Notes: generated from the letters alone by a model not told the origin. A stretch of DNA of 41,465 nucleotides from a bacterium (GCA_046484245.1 JAWOBN010000111.1:1-41465); one strand, 5' to 3'. Positions 1 through 9,947 are shown, counted from the first letter of the stretch. Made by a program: numbers and translations.

Positions 1-11
1 TAGGAGGGATT

Positions 12-1982
12 TTGACAAAGAGAACAATGAAAGCAGAGGATCTTTATAAAGCCAAAGTTATATCATTCAACAGATTATCCCCAGATGGTAAGCACATTGC
101 ATTTACTGTAACTGAATTGGTAAGAGAGGATAATAATGGCAAGAAGGAAGAGAAGAAATACACGAACCTATATCTGTTGAATACTGAGACATCAAAGACA
201 TCCAGACTGACAAGGGGTAAACATCATGACTATAGACCTATCTGGCATCCCAATAATGAGGATATCTACTTTGCCTCCACCAGAGGACAGAATGGCATGC
301 AGATATATAAGATCAATATACACGGCGGAGAGGCAGAGCAGATTACAGATATTGAAGACAATGTAATGATATACAATATATCCCCTGACGGAAAACGTAT
401 GGTGATAAATACACATGAAAAAAGGGACAAGGATGACACATATTTACGCATTACAAAGTCATATTATAAAGTTAATGGCTTAGGCTATTTTAATTACAGT
501 AATTGCAATATACTGACACTGAATCTATCAAATGGCAGGATAAGGCGTATTGCAGGGCCGGAAACATTGTTATTATTTCCTATCTGGATGCCGGACTCCA
601 AGCATATTGTTTTTACTGCAAACCGCACAGATGACTGGTTTAAAGAACCATGGGAGGGGCATTTCTACAAAATGAAAGCAGTAGGGGGCAGTGATCAACA
701 AATAGATACATTCACCGGATATCAAGCACATTACTATATTTGTATATCCCCTGACGGCAGGTATATGGCATTCACGGGTATGAAGTCAAAATACAATGTC
801 AAGAAGTATACCCGGATATATATACAAGATCTAACCTGTAAGAAACCTCCTGTGTGTATCAATCCAGACAGTGATTATGAGATTAGAGGCAATGTGATAG
901 TTGGGGATACGGAGGGCAGTCATATGGAATTCTTGAAATGGGGTGATGACAGTAGATCACTTTATTTCAGGGTAAATCAAAGAGGCAGTGTCAATCTGAA
1001 AAGAATTGATATTGAAACATTGGAAGAACAATCTGTTATAGAACACAAGGGTAATATCGGCAATTTTGACATAAAGGGCAATATGATTTATTTCTTCCAT
1101 AATAATATGACAAATCCCGGTGAGATATGCTCATATAATATGGAAACAGAAAAGAAGAGAGCAATGACCAGCATAAACTCATGGACACAAAATATAAAAT
1201 TTGGTGAAATAGAAGAGATTGAACTAAAGAAAGGTGAGAGTGATATCCATGGATGGATTATGAAACCGCCTAAATTTGACAAAACAAAGAAATATCCTTC
1301 CATTCTTGAGATTCACGGAGGTCCGCACTGTATGTACGGTTATTCCTTTATGCATGAATTCCATTTCCTCACTGCTCAGGGCTATATTGTGCATTTCTGT
1401 AATCCCAGGGGTTCTTCCGGATATGGAGAAGAATCCAAAATGGCTACATCAAATAGCTGGAATGAGCCTGCATACAGTGATTTAATGAAATGGACTGATT
1501 ATATACAGAGGAAAAAATACATGGACGGCAGGAGAATGGGAGTTACAGGCGGCAGTTACGGCGGATATATGACAAGCTGGATTATCACCCAGACAAAGAG
1601 ATTCAAGGCAGCAGTTGTGCAGCGTTCAGTTACCAATCTGTATGACTATAATATGTCCAGTTCATGGAACATACGCCACAGATTTGCATTCAATAACATA
1701 ATACCCTTTGAGAATCCCATGAACTACTTCAAACAGTCGCCTGTTTTCTATGCAGGCAATATTAAAACCCCGACAATGATAATTCATTCAATGAGGGACT
1801 ATGGAGCAACTCTTTCTCAGGCAGAGCAATTATATACAGCACTCAAATACCGCGGTATTGACAGTGAACTGATACTATTCCCCGATGAATCGCACGGTCT
1901 CTCCAGGGGAGGCAGGACAGACAGGAGAATATGCAGATTGAATCACATACTGAGATGGTTTGATAAATACCTCAAGGATTGA
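12..1982 (+). CDS. S9 family peptidase (dipeptidyl aminopeptidase/acylaminoacyl peptidase)
   Basis: N-terminal beta-propeller-like repeats (SPDG), IHGGPH oxyanion segment, GGSYGG nucleophile elbow, and C-terminal Asp (HSMRD) and His (ESHG). TTG start after an AGGAGG SD. Confidence 0.92.
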   Translation: MTKRTMKAEDLYKAKVISFNRLSPDGKHIAFTVTELVREDNNGKKEEKKYTNLYLLNTETSKTSRLTRGKHHDYRPIWHPNNEDIYFASTRGQNGMQIYKINIHGGEAEQITDIEDNVMIYNISPDGKRMVINTHEKRDKDDTYLRITKSYYKVNGLGYFNYSNCNILTLNLSNGRIRRIAGPETLLLFPIWMPDSKHIVFTANRTDDWFKEPWEGHFYKMKAVGGSDQQIDTFTGYQAHYYICISPDGRYMAFTGMKSKYNVKKYTRIYIQDLTCKKPPVCINPDSDYEIRGNVIVGDTEGSHMEFLKWGDDSRSLYFRVNQRGSVNLKRIDIETLEEQSVIEHKGNIGNFDIKGNMIYFFHNNMTNPGEICSYNMETEKKRAMTSINSWTQNIKFGEIEEIELKKGESDIHGWIMKPPKFDKTKKYPSILEIHGGPHCMYGYSFMHEFHFLTAQGYIVHFCNPRGSSGYGEESKMATSNSWNEPAYSDLMKWTDYIQRKKYMDGRRMGVTGGSYGGYMTSWIITQTKRFKAAVVQRSVTNLYDYNMSSSWNIRHRFAFNNIIPFENPMNYFKQSPVFYAGNIKTPTMIIHSMRDYGATLSQAEQLYTALKYRGIDSELILFPDESHGLSRGGRTDRRICRLNHILRWFDKYLKD

Positions 1983-2002
1983 TTTTCCTGTAGATTGTAT
2001 TC

Positions 2003-2557
2003 CTATTCCTTCTCATAGAGACCTATAAGTTCACCATAACCCAATATGTGTTCTTCCATTGCATTGAGCAGTTCCTGTTTGCTGATACCTGAATCAATGT
2101 CTAGCATATTGTCCAGTGCATAGACCTTGAAGAAATATCTGTGTTTGCCTGATGGCGGGCAGGGTCCCTGATAACCTGTTTCTTTACCGGAATTCTTGCC
2201 CTGTTTAATGCCGCCATTTATAATGTCATTCTTGGGAATATTCTCTTCAAGACCACCCTTTTCAGGCGGGATATTGAATATTACCCAGTGAACCCATGTG
2301 CCCATCGGTGCATCGGGGTCATCAGAAATCAGCGCAATGCTCTTGGTGCCTTCCGGTATTCCCGACCATTTGACTGGCGGTGAAATTTCCTCACCCTGGC
2401 ATGTGTATTTCTTTGGAATATCACCATTATGCTCAAATGCAGTGCTTGTAACTGTTATATCCTTCACATTCTCCTCCTTGTCAATATTAATCTCTTCATT
2501 ATTGCATGAAATTGCCATAAAACAAATCAAAACTACAATAGAAAATATTCTTTTCAT
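2003..2557 (-). CDS. YbhB/YbcL (PEBP/Raf kinase inhibitor-like) family protein, probable lipoprotein
   Basis: DPDAP..W.HW, GPCPP and HRYFF motifs. Start moved from 2653 to the ATG at 2557, which follows an AGGGGG SD and gives the signal peptide MKRIFSIVVLICFMAISC. Confidence 0.9.
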   Translation of the reverse strand: MKRIFSIVVLICFMAISCNNEEINIDKEENVKDITVTSTAFEHNGDIPKKYTCQGEEISPPVKWSGIPEGTKSIALISDDPDAPMGTWVHWVIFNIPPEKGGLEENIPKNDIINGGIKQGKNSGKETGYQGPCPPSGKHRYFFKVYALDNMLDIDSGISKQELLNAMEEHILGYGELIGLYEKE

Positions 2558-2575
2558 TGCTTCCCCCTTTATTAT

Positions 2576-2604
2576 ATTATAAAAAGATGAAACAACAATG
2601 TCAA
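2576..2604 (-). promoter_or_regulatory. Consensus sigma70 promoter for the ybhB-like gene
   Basis: Minus strand reads TTGACA-17 nt-TATAAT exactly. Confidence 0.85.
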
Positions 2605-2745
2605 GGGAGGAAGCAGCGAGAGCGGGTGTATTGGACGGGAGATCACTTGACACCTCCAGCTACTGTTTTTGTCAAATAATTATTCAAAATATTCGCTAAA
2701 TTCAAGTAAATAGGAGCTATTTATAAGCCCCCTAATTCAATACAC

Positions 2746-2915
2746 TTACAAAGACCGGGTGTTGCTTTTGTTGCTTAAAGTAATAGAATTATATTAAGTA
2801 TCATTATTTGATAACTTACAATATCTCGCATATGAATGCAAACAATACTTTAAAATAAGGGTATTATGATGGATTCAGGAGAAGAAACAACAAAAGCAAC
2901 ACCCGGTCTTTGTAA
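2746..2915. mobile_element. MITE/REPIN-like element 1 (170 bp)
   Basis: Perfect 28-bp inverted repeat TTACAAAGACCGGGTGTTGCTTTTGTTG (2746-2773 / 2888-2915) around an AT-rich non-coding core. Confidence 0.65.
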
Positions 2916-2946
2916 TTAGAGGATGCGGTTTTGTCAAATAATCAGG

Positions 2947-3633
2947 TTATTGGGAGGCGTCTGTGTGGACTTTGCCGTCGCGGATATGGACAATACGCTG
3001 GGTTTTACTTGCCACTTCGTGTTCATGTGTCACAATGACAATGGTTTTGCCCTGTTCATTGAGATTCGCCAGTATATCCATGATCTCGTCAGACATATGT
3101 GAATCCAGATTGCCTGTCGGTTCATCTGCAAGAATGAAGTCAGGGTCATTTGCCAGTGAACGGGCAATGGATACGCGCTGGCGTTCCCCACCTGACATCT
3201 CAGAGGGCAGATGATGAATCCTGTGAGAGAGCCCCACCATATCCAGGAGTTTCTCTGCTCTTCTATGGCGCTCCCTCCTGCTTACCCTGGCATATATCAT
3301 GGGCATTGCCACATTTTTCAGTGCACTTGTCTTGGGCAGCAGATTGTAGCTCTGGAATACAAAGCCTATGGTTTCTTTTCTTATCTCAGCCCTTTCATCA
3401 TCAGTGAGAGTATTGACATCTTCACCTTCAAGTATGTAACTGCCGGCTGTCTGTCTGTCAAGGCATCCCAGAATATTCATCAGGGTGCTCTTGCCTGAAC
3501 CACTGGGCCCCATAATACTGAGAAGTTCACCCCTCCTTATTTCAATGTCAATGCCTCTGAGTGCTTTTACCACTCCTCCCTTGAAGGGGAATTCCTTTGT
3601 CAGGTCATTTGCTTTTATAATAATATCATTCAT
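2947..3633 (-). CDS. ABC transporter ATP-binding protein (MacB/LolD-like)
   Basis: Walker A GPSGSGKST, signature MSGGERQR, Walker B ILADEPTGNLD, and H-loop VTHE. Confidence 0.95.
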   Translation of the reverse strand: MNDIIIKANDLTKEFPFKGGVVKALRGIDIEIRRGELLSIMGPSGSGKSTLMNILGCLDRQTAGSYILEGEDVNTLTDDERAEIRKETIGFVFQSYNLLPKTSALKNVAMPMIYARVSRRERHRRAEKLLDMVGLSHRIHHLPSEMSGGERQRVSIARSLANDPDFILADEPTGNLDSHMSDEIMDILANLNEQGKTIVIVTHEHEVASKTQRIVHIRDGKVHTDASQ

Positions 3634-4849
3634 ATCTCAAACACTCCACCGGATCCATTTTTGCTGCTTTACGGGCAGGGAATATGCCGAAGAACAGTCC
3701 CACGCCAAGTGAAAACAGGAATCCTGTCAGAATTGACCAGATCTGAATACCGAAAGGCAGATTGGATATATTGGAGGCGAGGTATGCTATGGATAGACCC
3801 GCTATTATGCCGAGCATGCCGCCTACAACTGACACTGTGATTGATTCAAGAAGAAACTGCAGCAGTATCTCCCTGTTCTTTGCACCAATGGATTTCCTGA
3901 TGCCTATCTCCCTTGTCCTCTCGGATACTGATACAAGCATGATATTCATTATACCTATGCCCCCGACCATAAGGGAAAGTGAACCGATTGCAATCATTGC
4001 CATGAAAATGGAAGTTGTCAGTGACTGCCACTGTTTCATAAGGGCATCCTGTGTATTGATGGCAAAATCATCCTCCTCATCAGGCCGGAGTGAGTGGCTT
4101 ATTCTCATCACCCAGCGGGCTTCCTCTATTGTCTCCTTGGGATTTTGACTCGTTAATTGAACGGAAATTTGCTTTCTCTCACCTGAATAGTATTTCAGCA
4201 TTACACTGTAGGGGATAATCACAATCTCATCCTGGGATTGGCCGAATATTGCACCTTTCTCCTTTAAGACGCCTTTAATGAGATACTTCTTTCCGTCCAC
4301 AGTAAGCCATTCCCCAATAGGATTCATACTGCCGTAGAGATTCTCAGCTATGTCTTTTCCAATAACACACACATTACGCCTGTATTTAATGTCATCAGCA
4401 GAAAAACGCACACCTACATCCATTTCATAATTACCGATATCAAATCCATTGGCTGATATACCATCTACATTGATCAGTTCCAGCTGTTCATTCTTGTATT
4501 TGACATTAAGCATTCTGCCCACTGAAACCCCGACCTCATCTGCTGTTGTCATCATTGATTTGAGTTTTTCATAATCATCCATATCAACATAATTATCCCG
4601 TGTCTTCCGCCAGTCCGATCTGCCTCTCATCACCCAGCCCCTGCGCTGTACATAGATAACATTGGAGCCAATTGAGGAGAATGTCTCCTGAACCTTTGCC
4701 TCAAGGCCGTCAATAATGGACACAACAATAATAATTGTCATAACACCGATTATAATGCCGAGGGTTGTCAGGAAACTCCTCAGTTTATTGCTTTTGATTG
4801 AGTCCAGGCTTACCCGTAAACTCTCTATCAATAACTCTATCATTATCAT
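3626..4849 (-). CDS. ABC transporter permease (MacB/FtsX-like)
   Basis: NKLRSFLTTLGIIIG, GGIGIMNIMLVSVSERTREIGIRK and PARKAAKMDPVECLRYE motifs. Confidence 0.95.
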   Translation of the reverse strand: MIMIELLIESLRVSLDSIKSNKLRSFLTTLGIIIGVMTIIIVVSIIDGLEAKVQETFSSIGSNVIYVQRRGWVMRGRSDWRKTRDNYVDMDDYEKLKSMMTTADEVGVSVGRMLNVKYKNEQLELINVDGISANGFDIGNYEMDVGVRFSADDIKYRRNVCVIGKDIAENLYGSMNPIGEWLTVDGKKYLIKGVLKEKGAIFGQSQDEIVIIPYSVMLKYYSGERKQISVQLTSQNPKETIEEARWVMRISHSLRPDEEDDFAINTQDALMKQWQSLTTSIFMAMIAIGSLSLMVGGIGIMNIMLVSVSERTREIGIRKSIGAKNREILLQFLLESITVSVVGGMLGIIAGLSIAYLASNISNLPFGIQIWSILTGFLFSLGVGLFFGIFPARKAAKMDPVECLRYE

Positions 4850-5933
4850 TCAACCTTTTAATTGATGAGAAAGGACCTGAAACAACCTTCATGCCTTCCT
4901 CCAATGAATCACTCTTTACCTCTATATAATCCTTGCCTATGATACCGGGCTTTGCAGGAATGAAGCGGACAGTTGAATTCTCAACAGTAAGCACACCCTC
5001 TCTGCCCATTCTATTGACAATTGACTGAATCGGTGCCTGCAGTATGTTTTGCTTGGATGCTGTAATAATTGAAACCTCACAGTTGAATCCTGCAAGCAGT
5101 TCATATTTGCCGTCAAGCAGAATTTCCACCTCATACACTGTCCCCTCATCAGACATCTGATTTAATTTACCGGGTCTCTTTGCTATCTGGATAACCTTGC
5201 CGGTGAAGGCAGTATCAGGATATGCATCAAATACAATTTCAACATCATTATCCCTCTTAATCTTGACGACGGAGGTTTCATCAACTTCTGATTTGACAAT
5301 CATCCTTCCGTAATCAGATACTGTCATAAGAACAGTGCCTGCATTATTCATCGTACCTGTGATAATATTCTCTCCCTCTTCAACATAGAGCCCTGACACA
5401 ATGCCGTCAATGGGTGATGTGATGACTGTCTTTTCCAGTTTGTCCCTTGCGATTTCATATGATGCCTTGGCTGATTCCAGTGAAGACAGTGCATTCTCAT
5501 ATTCCAGTTTTGCTATATTGTATTCCGAGTATGATATGAGTGAATCGGCGAAGAGCTCTTTTTGATTTTCATAGAGGAATTTTTTGTAATTATAATTTGA
5601 CTGAGCAACTGCAAGTGCGGACTCTCTCTGTTTCAGTGTTGCTTTTTCACTCGTATTGTCTATCTCAATGAGCTTTTGCCCCTTCTTTACAGCAGCTCCC
5701 TCCTCAACCAGAATACGTTCGCATTTACCCATGATATCAGAAGATATCTCCACATCAATGAATGGTTCAAGCTGACCGTCAGTTCTCACATATTCATTGA
5801 GCACACCCCGTTTCAGCTCTTTTGTCTGTACAGGCAGCACAGGTGCTTTTTGAGAACATCTGAAGATTGCTATTACTATAATTATTACAATGATCAGTAT
5901 AATAATATTCCGTTTCCTTCTTAAAAAATTCAC
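4785..5933 (-). CDS. Efflux periplasmic adaptor (MacA/HlyD-like membrane fusion protein)
   Basis: N-terminal TM, lipoyl half-motifs (V.EG..VKKGQ.L; SPIDGIV) and a coiled coil. Lies between a TolC-like gene and the permease. Confidence 0.92.
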   Translation of the reverse strand: MNFLRRKRNIIILIIVIIIVIAIFRCSQKAPVLPVQTKELKRGVLNEYVRTDGQLEPFIDVEISSDIMGKCERILVEEGAAVKKGQKLIEIDNTSEKATLKQRESALAVAQSNYNYKKFLYENQKELFADSLISYSEYNIAKLEYENALSSLESAKASYEIARDKLEKTVITSPIDGIVSGLYVEEGENIITGTMNNAGTVLMTVSDYGRMIVKSEVDETSVVKIKRDNDVEIVFDAYPDTAFTGKVIQIAKRPGKLNQMSDEGTVYEVEILLDGKYELLAGFNCEVSIITASKQNILQAPIQSIVNRMGREGVLTVENSTVRFIPAKPGIIGKDYIEVKSDSLEEGMKVVSGPFSSIKRLNDNDRVIDREFTGKPGLNQKQ

Positions 5934-7159
5934 TTTATCCTCCTTAGATAGTAGAGATATCGGTGATAGGTCTGATAATAGGTGTTCTTTATCTGTATAA
6001 GGTTAATCCTTGAATTGATGTATTCTCTCTGTGCATCAATATAGTCAATAGATGAAAGCTCATTATTCTCAAAGAGTTGTGATGCAATCTCAAATGAGAT
6101 CTTCTGTGAATTATATGCATTTTCTGCAGATAGATACATTGCCTCTATCTGTTTTATCATTGACGGGAAGTTCTCCAGCATTGCCCTGTATGTGAGTTCT
6201 GCTTTTTTATATTCCAGTCCCGCCTTTTTCTTCTCCCCGGATTTCTGAATGACATTGAGTGTTCTTGAAAATCCTGTAAAGAGGGGGAAGTTTATGTTGA
6301 CTGATGCGGAGAGCGAATAATTATCCCTGAAATCCGTCATATTGAAACTGTAAACCGAATCACTGATACCTGCTCTGAGTGACAGATTGGCAGTAGGGAA
6401 GAATTCAGTGAGGGCATTGGCTTGAGAAACGCTCTTGACTGCATAATTCTTCTGATGGAGTATGTATTCCGGCAGTACAGGCAGAATTTCATCCGGTTTA
6501 ATGCGTGATGATTCCATATAAGGCACACTGTCAGGTTCCATTAAATCCTCTTTCACTTCAATGCCTGTGAGTACCTCAAATTCGGAAACAAGATTATTGT
6601 ACTTCATCTGATTTGAGTAGAGTCTTGAACGAATATTGTAATAATTCGCTTCCAGATTCCTGAAATCCTTACCGGACAAAATCCCTTTCTTAAATCTGCT
6701 CTTTGCCTTTAAAATATTCTTTTCTTCTTTTTCCACAAGCATTGAATCCAGTTCAAGTCTGATCTGATATTCAAGCAGAGAGAAGAATTTATCAATCGCG
6801 TCATATATCAAATTCTGGCTGTTTACAGTGTATGAAAGATTTGCAATATCTGTTGTGTATTTTCCTGATACAATATTCATCAGATAGGGTATATTGACAA
6901 GAGTCTGATTTAGTGAGAATCCCTGTGAGTATGAGTAATCAGTATTTGTTGTTGAATCAATGGATACATAATAGCTCAGACGCGGCATATATCCTACAAG
7001 TGAAGACAGAAGCGCCTTGTTATTGACTGACCTGTCTATAGCCTCCTGCTGGCGCGGAATAGATGAAGCTGTATTATCCAGAACATCCTGCAGTGTAATG
7101 CTTCCGGATATTATCAAGGAGAACAATCCTGCAAAGAGTATCAGTGTTAATCTTTTCAT
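5930..7159 (-). CDS. TolC family outer membrane efflux protein
   Basis: Signal peptide, two helical repeats with P.L/F motifs (YMPRLS, FFPTAN, INFPLFTGF). First gene of the MFP-ABC operon. Confidence 0.8.
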   Translation of the reverse strand: MKRLTLILFAGLFSLIISGSITLQDVLDNTASSIPRQQEAIDRSVNNKALLSSLVGYMPRLSYYVSIDSTTNTDYSYSQGFSLNQTLVNIPYLMNIVSGKYTTDIANLSYTVNSQNLIYDAIDKFFSLLEYQIRLELDSMLVEKEEKNILKAKSRFKKGILSGKDFRNLEANYYNIRSRLYSNQMKYNNLVSEFEVLTGIEVKEDLMEPDSVPYMESSRIKPDEILPVLPEYILHQKNYAVKSVSQANALTEFFPTANLSLRAGISDSVYSFNMTDFRDNYSLSASVNINFPLFTGFSRTLNVIQKSGEKKKAGLEYKKAELTYRAMLENFPSMIKQIEAMYLSAENAYNSQKISFEIASQLFENNELSSIDYIDAQREYINSRINLIQIKNTYYQTYHRYLYYLRRIK

Positions 7160-7358
7160 ATAAGCACCCCATTTAATTTATCTTAATTGCATAGTGATTA
7201 TTTTAATAGAAATAAATTTTATTTCAATACTAACGTTTAGACAGTAGTAATTGCTAAATCACTCGTATTATCCTGCTCATTGTGATGCACTGCAGGTGAT
7301 TGCAGGGGAAATCAGGGCAATTTAAATATCTTAATGAACAGGAAATAATGCGTTTTAC

Positions 7359-7386
7359 TTGATTTATTTGTTTATTATGGTAATAT
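7359..7386 (+). promoter_or_regulatory. Putative promoter of ffs-dnaX
   Basis: TTGATT-16 nt-TAATAT with a TG extension, about 12 nt before the SRP RNA. Confidence 0.5.
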
Positions 7387-7398
7387 TCATCTTAAAAA

Positions 7399-7470
7399 GC
7401 GGGGAGAAATGTTCTGAACCCTGTCAGGACCGAGAGGTAGCAGCAGTAAGGGACCTCTTTCTCCGCCGCC
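7399..7470 (+). ncRNA. ffs: Signal recognition particle RNA (4.5S, small type)
   Basis: Domain IV core GTCAGGACC-GAGA-GGTAGCAGC with a GNRA loop, closing stem GCGGGGAGAAA/TTTCTCCGCCGC, and the typical position upstream of dnaX. Confidence 0.88.
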
Positions 7471-7488
7471 ATAATCAAAGAAGGATCA

Positions 7489-8991
7489 ATGGGTTACATA
7501 GTTTTTGCAAGAAAATACAGACCCCAGAAATTTGACGAAATAAAGGGTCAGGACCATATAGTCGGTATTTTGAAGAGCGGTGTGCGCAATAACAGAATAC
7601 CCCATGCAATGCTGTTCAGCGGACCCCGCGGTGTGGGTAAAACAACAACTGCAAGGATACTTGCAAAAGCATTGAACTGTGAGGACCTCAGAGACGGTGA
7701 ACCGTGCAGCCAGTGCCCGACATGCACGGGCATAATGGAAGGCAGGGACATGGATGTCATTGAAATAGACGGTGCATCAAACAGGGGTATTGATGAAATA
7801 AGGGATTTAAGGGAGAAGGCAAAGTATTCAACAGTGAAGAGCAAGTACAAGATATTCATTATTGATGAGATACACATGCTCACAAAAGAGGCGTTCAATG
7901 CTCTGCTGAAGATACTTGAAGAGCCCCCCAAACATGTAATATTTATTTTTGCCACTACAGAGCCGTTCAATGTAATCCCCACAATACTCTCCAGATGCCA
8001 GAGATTTGATTTCAGGCGCATACCTGTTCTTGAGATATCCGGTCAGCTGGAATATATCAGCAGGGAAGAAAATATTGATTATGAAATTGAGGGCTTGAAA
8101 CTCATATCAAGGCTTGCAGACGGCAGTATGAGGGATGCCACATCAATACTTGACCAGCTCGCATCAACAGACAAGAAAATAACCTATGATAATGTCAATA
8201 TGATGTTCGGACGGCTTGATGATGAATTCTTTGTAGGGTTCACATCAACAATACTGGACAAGAAGCCCGATAAGATGATTGAATCCCTCAATGATATACT
8301 TCAGAGAGGATATGATCTTGAGACCTTTGTCTCGGAACTGGCTTTCTACACGCATAAACTGTATCTTATCAAGCACAGTATAAAGACAGAAGAGATAAGG
8401 ATAATGCCTGAAAGCATATTGGATAAAGCAACAGTTCAGGCAAATGGGTTTTCATCAGAGGCATTGAAGCAGATCACCAAGGAATTGATTGAAACAGCAC
8501 GCGAACTCAAATTCACATCAAACAAGAAGATGATGGTTGAGAATGAGCTTGCCCGTATATCTGATCTGACTGAATCAGCTGACATTGATTCTATTATTGC
8601 AATGCTCAAGCATGCCAAACCCTCAGAAGTCAAAGAGGGCAAAAAAAAAACAGAAAAACAGCTGAAGAATAAGATTGTCAATAAGCATTCACTGGATTAT
8701 TTCATTGACAGGGTATCTGAAGATGATTTCTTTCTCTCAGAGGCATTAAAGAAATCAACTGTTGTATTTGCCGAAGACCGGTATTATGAGATAAAAGTGC
8801 CTGACACATATATCAATGATGTCAATCAGAGGAGAATCAATGATAAGCTCAGGGACATGGGTGTTGATCTGGAGATAAAGGTCACATATTCCTCAGATGC
8901 AAAAAACAATAAGATAATTGCAAATCCCCTTGAGGAAGACCCGAAAGTAATTAAATTGATAGAAGAGATAGACGGTGAGATAATACAGTAG
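7489..8991 (+). CDS. dnaX: DNA polymerase III subunit gamma/tau
   Basis: ARKYRP, GPRGVGKTT, Zn-binding cysteines, EIDGAS, IDEIHML and SRC motifs. Confidence 0.97.
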   Translation: MGYIVFARKYRPQKFDEIKGQDHIVGILKSGVRNNRIPHAMLFSGPRGVGKTTTARILAKALNCEDLRDGEPCSQCPTCTGIMEGRDMDVIEIDGASNRGIDEIRDLREKAKYSTVKSKYKIFIIDEIHMLTKEAFNALLKILEEPPKHVIFIFATTEPFNVIPTILSRCQRFDFRRIPVLEISGQLEYISREENIDYEIEGLKLISRLADGSMRDATSILDQLASTDKKITYDNVNMMFGRLDDEFFVGFTSTILDKKPDKMIESLNDILQRGYDLETFVSELAFYTHKLYLIKHSIKTEEIRIMPESILDKATVQANGFSSEALKQITKELIETARELKFTSNKKMMVENELARISDLTESADIDSIIAMLKHAKPSEVKEGKKKTEKQLKNKIVNKHSLDYFIDRVSEDDFFLSEALKKSTVVFAEDRYYEIKVPDTYINDVNQRRINDKLRDMGVDLEIKVTYSSDAKNNKIIANPLEEDPKVIKLIEEIDGEIIQ

Positions 8992-9008
8992 TTTAAGGAG
9001 GCATAAAG

Positions 9009-9314
9009 ATGAACATGAATAAATTGATGAAACAGGCACAGCAGATGCAGAAGAAAATGGCTGAAGCACAGGAGAAACTCAAAGAAGTTGAAATTGAAGT
9101 GTCGGTAGGCGGCGGCATGGTGACAGCAAAGATGAATGGCGCCAATGAATTACTCTCCATAACAATAGAGGATGAATTGATAAATAAGGAAGAGAAAGAT
9201 ATGCTGCGTGATCTTATTGTTTCTGCAGTCAATCAGGCAAATGAGAAGATTGAGGAGAAAAAAAAGGAAGAGCTGGGCAAGGTTACCGGGGGCATGAATA
9301 TACCTGGTATGTAA
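9009..9314 (+). CDS. ybaB: YbaB/EbfC nucleoid-associated protein
   Basis: MKQAQQMQ, GGGMV and DLIVSAVN.A motifs; dnaX-ybaB-recR synteny. Confidence 0.95.
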   Translation: MNMNKLMKQAQQMQKKMAEAQEKLKEVEIEVSVGGGMVTAKMNGANELLSITIEDELINKEEKDMLRDLIVSAVNQANEKIEEKKKEELGKVTGGMNIPGM

Positions 9315-9315
9315 A

Positions 9316-9936
9316 ATGGATGAACTGAAGAAATTCAAGGAGAATCTGAAAAAACTTCCCGGTATTGGCGAGAAATCAGCTGAACGGATAGCATTTTTCC
9401 TCATTACAGAGGGGAAGAGTATCGGACATGAGCTTTCCATGCATATGCTCAGTGCTATTGAGAATATCGGTGTCTGCTCAATATGCGGTTCATTGACACA
9501 GAAAGATCCCTGCGAGATATGCACATCATCAAGAAGAGATGGCGGTAAGATAATGCTTGTGGAGAATGCCCGCGATGTATTCCTCTTTGAAAAAACAGGG
9601 CAGTTCAATGGCAAGTATCATGTGCTCGGCGGACTAATCTCCCCGCTTGACGGTATTGAACCGGAAAATTTGACAATTGACAGATTGCTGGACAGAATAG
9701 AAAGTGATGATGTCAATGAGATTATAATTGCTCTTTCCCCGTCAACAGAGGGGGAAAGCACTGCGATGTATATACAGGACATACTCAATGCCACTGAAGT
9801 CACTGTAAGCAGGATAGCATTCGGCATTCCGTTCGGGAGTGATTTTGAATATATTGATAATTTCACGCTCGGAAGATCACTGGATACGAGAAGGATTGTC
9901 AAAAAAGGTCAGAATATTATTGACGATGATAAATAA
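9316..9936 (+). CDS. recR: Recombination mediator RecR
   Basis: LPGIGEKSAER HhH motif, C4 zinc finger and Toprim domain (YHVLGG, EGESTA). Confidence 0.96.
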   Translation: MDELKKFKENLKKLPGIGEKSAERIAFFLITEGKSIGHELSMHMLSAIENIGVCSICGSLTQKDPCEICTSSRRDGGKIMLVENARDVFLFEKTGQFNGKYHVLGGLISPLDGIEPENLTIDRLLDRIESDDVNEIIIALSPSTEGESTAMYIQDILNATEVTVSRIAFGIPFGSDFEYIDNFTLGRSLDTRRIVKKGQNIIDDDK

Positions 9937-9947
9937 TTTGATATAAT
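9920..9947 (+). promoter_or_regulatory. Putative promoter of the por-mgl operon
   Basis: TTGACG-16 nt-TATAAT with a TG extension, overlapping the recR 3' end. Confidence 0.65.

Noticed and set aside
2558..2653. N-terminal extension of the YbhB ORF
   Set aside because: It contains the consensus promoter and SD for the ATG at 2557.
4785..4849. Frameshift suggested by the 65-bp overlap of adaptor and permease
   Set aside because: Both proteins look complete, and the permease has its own AAAGG SD and ATG.
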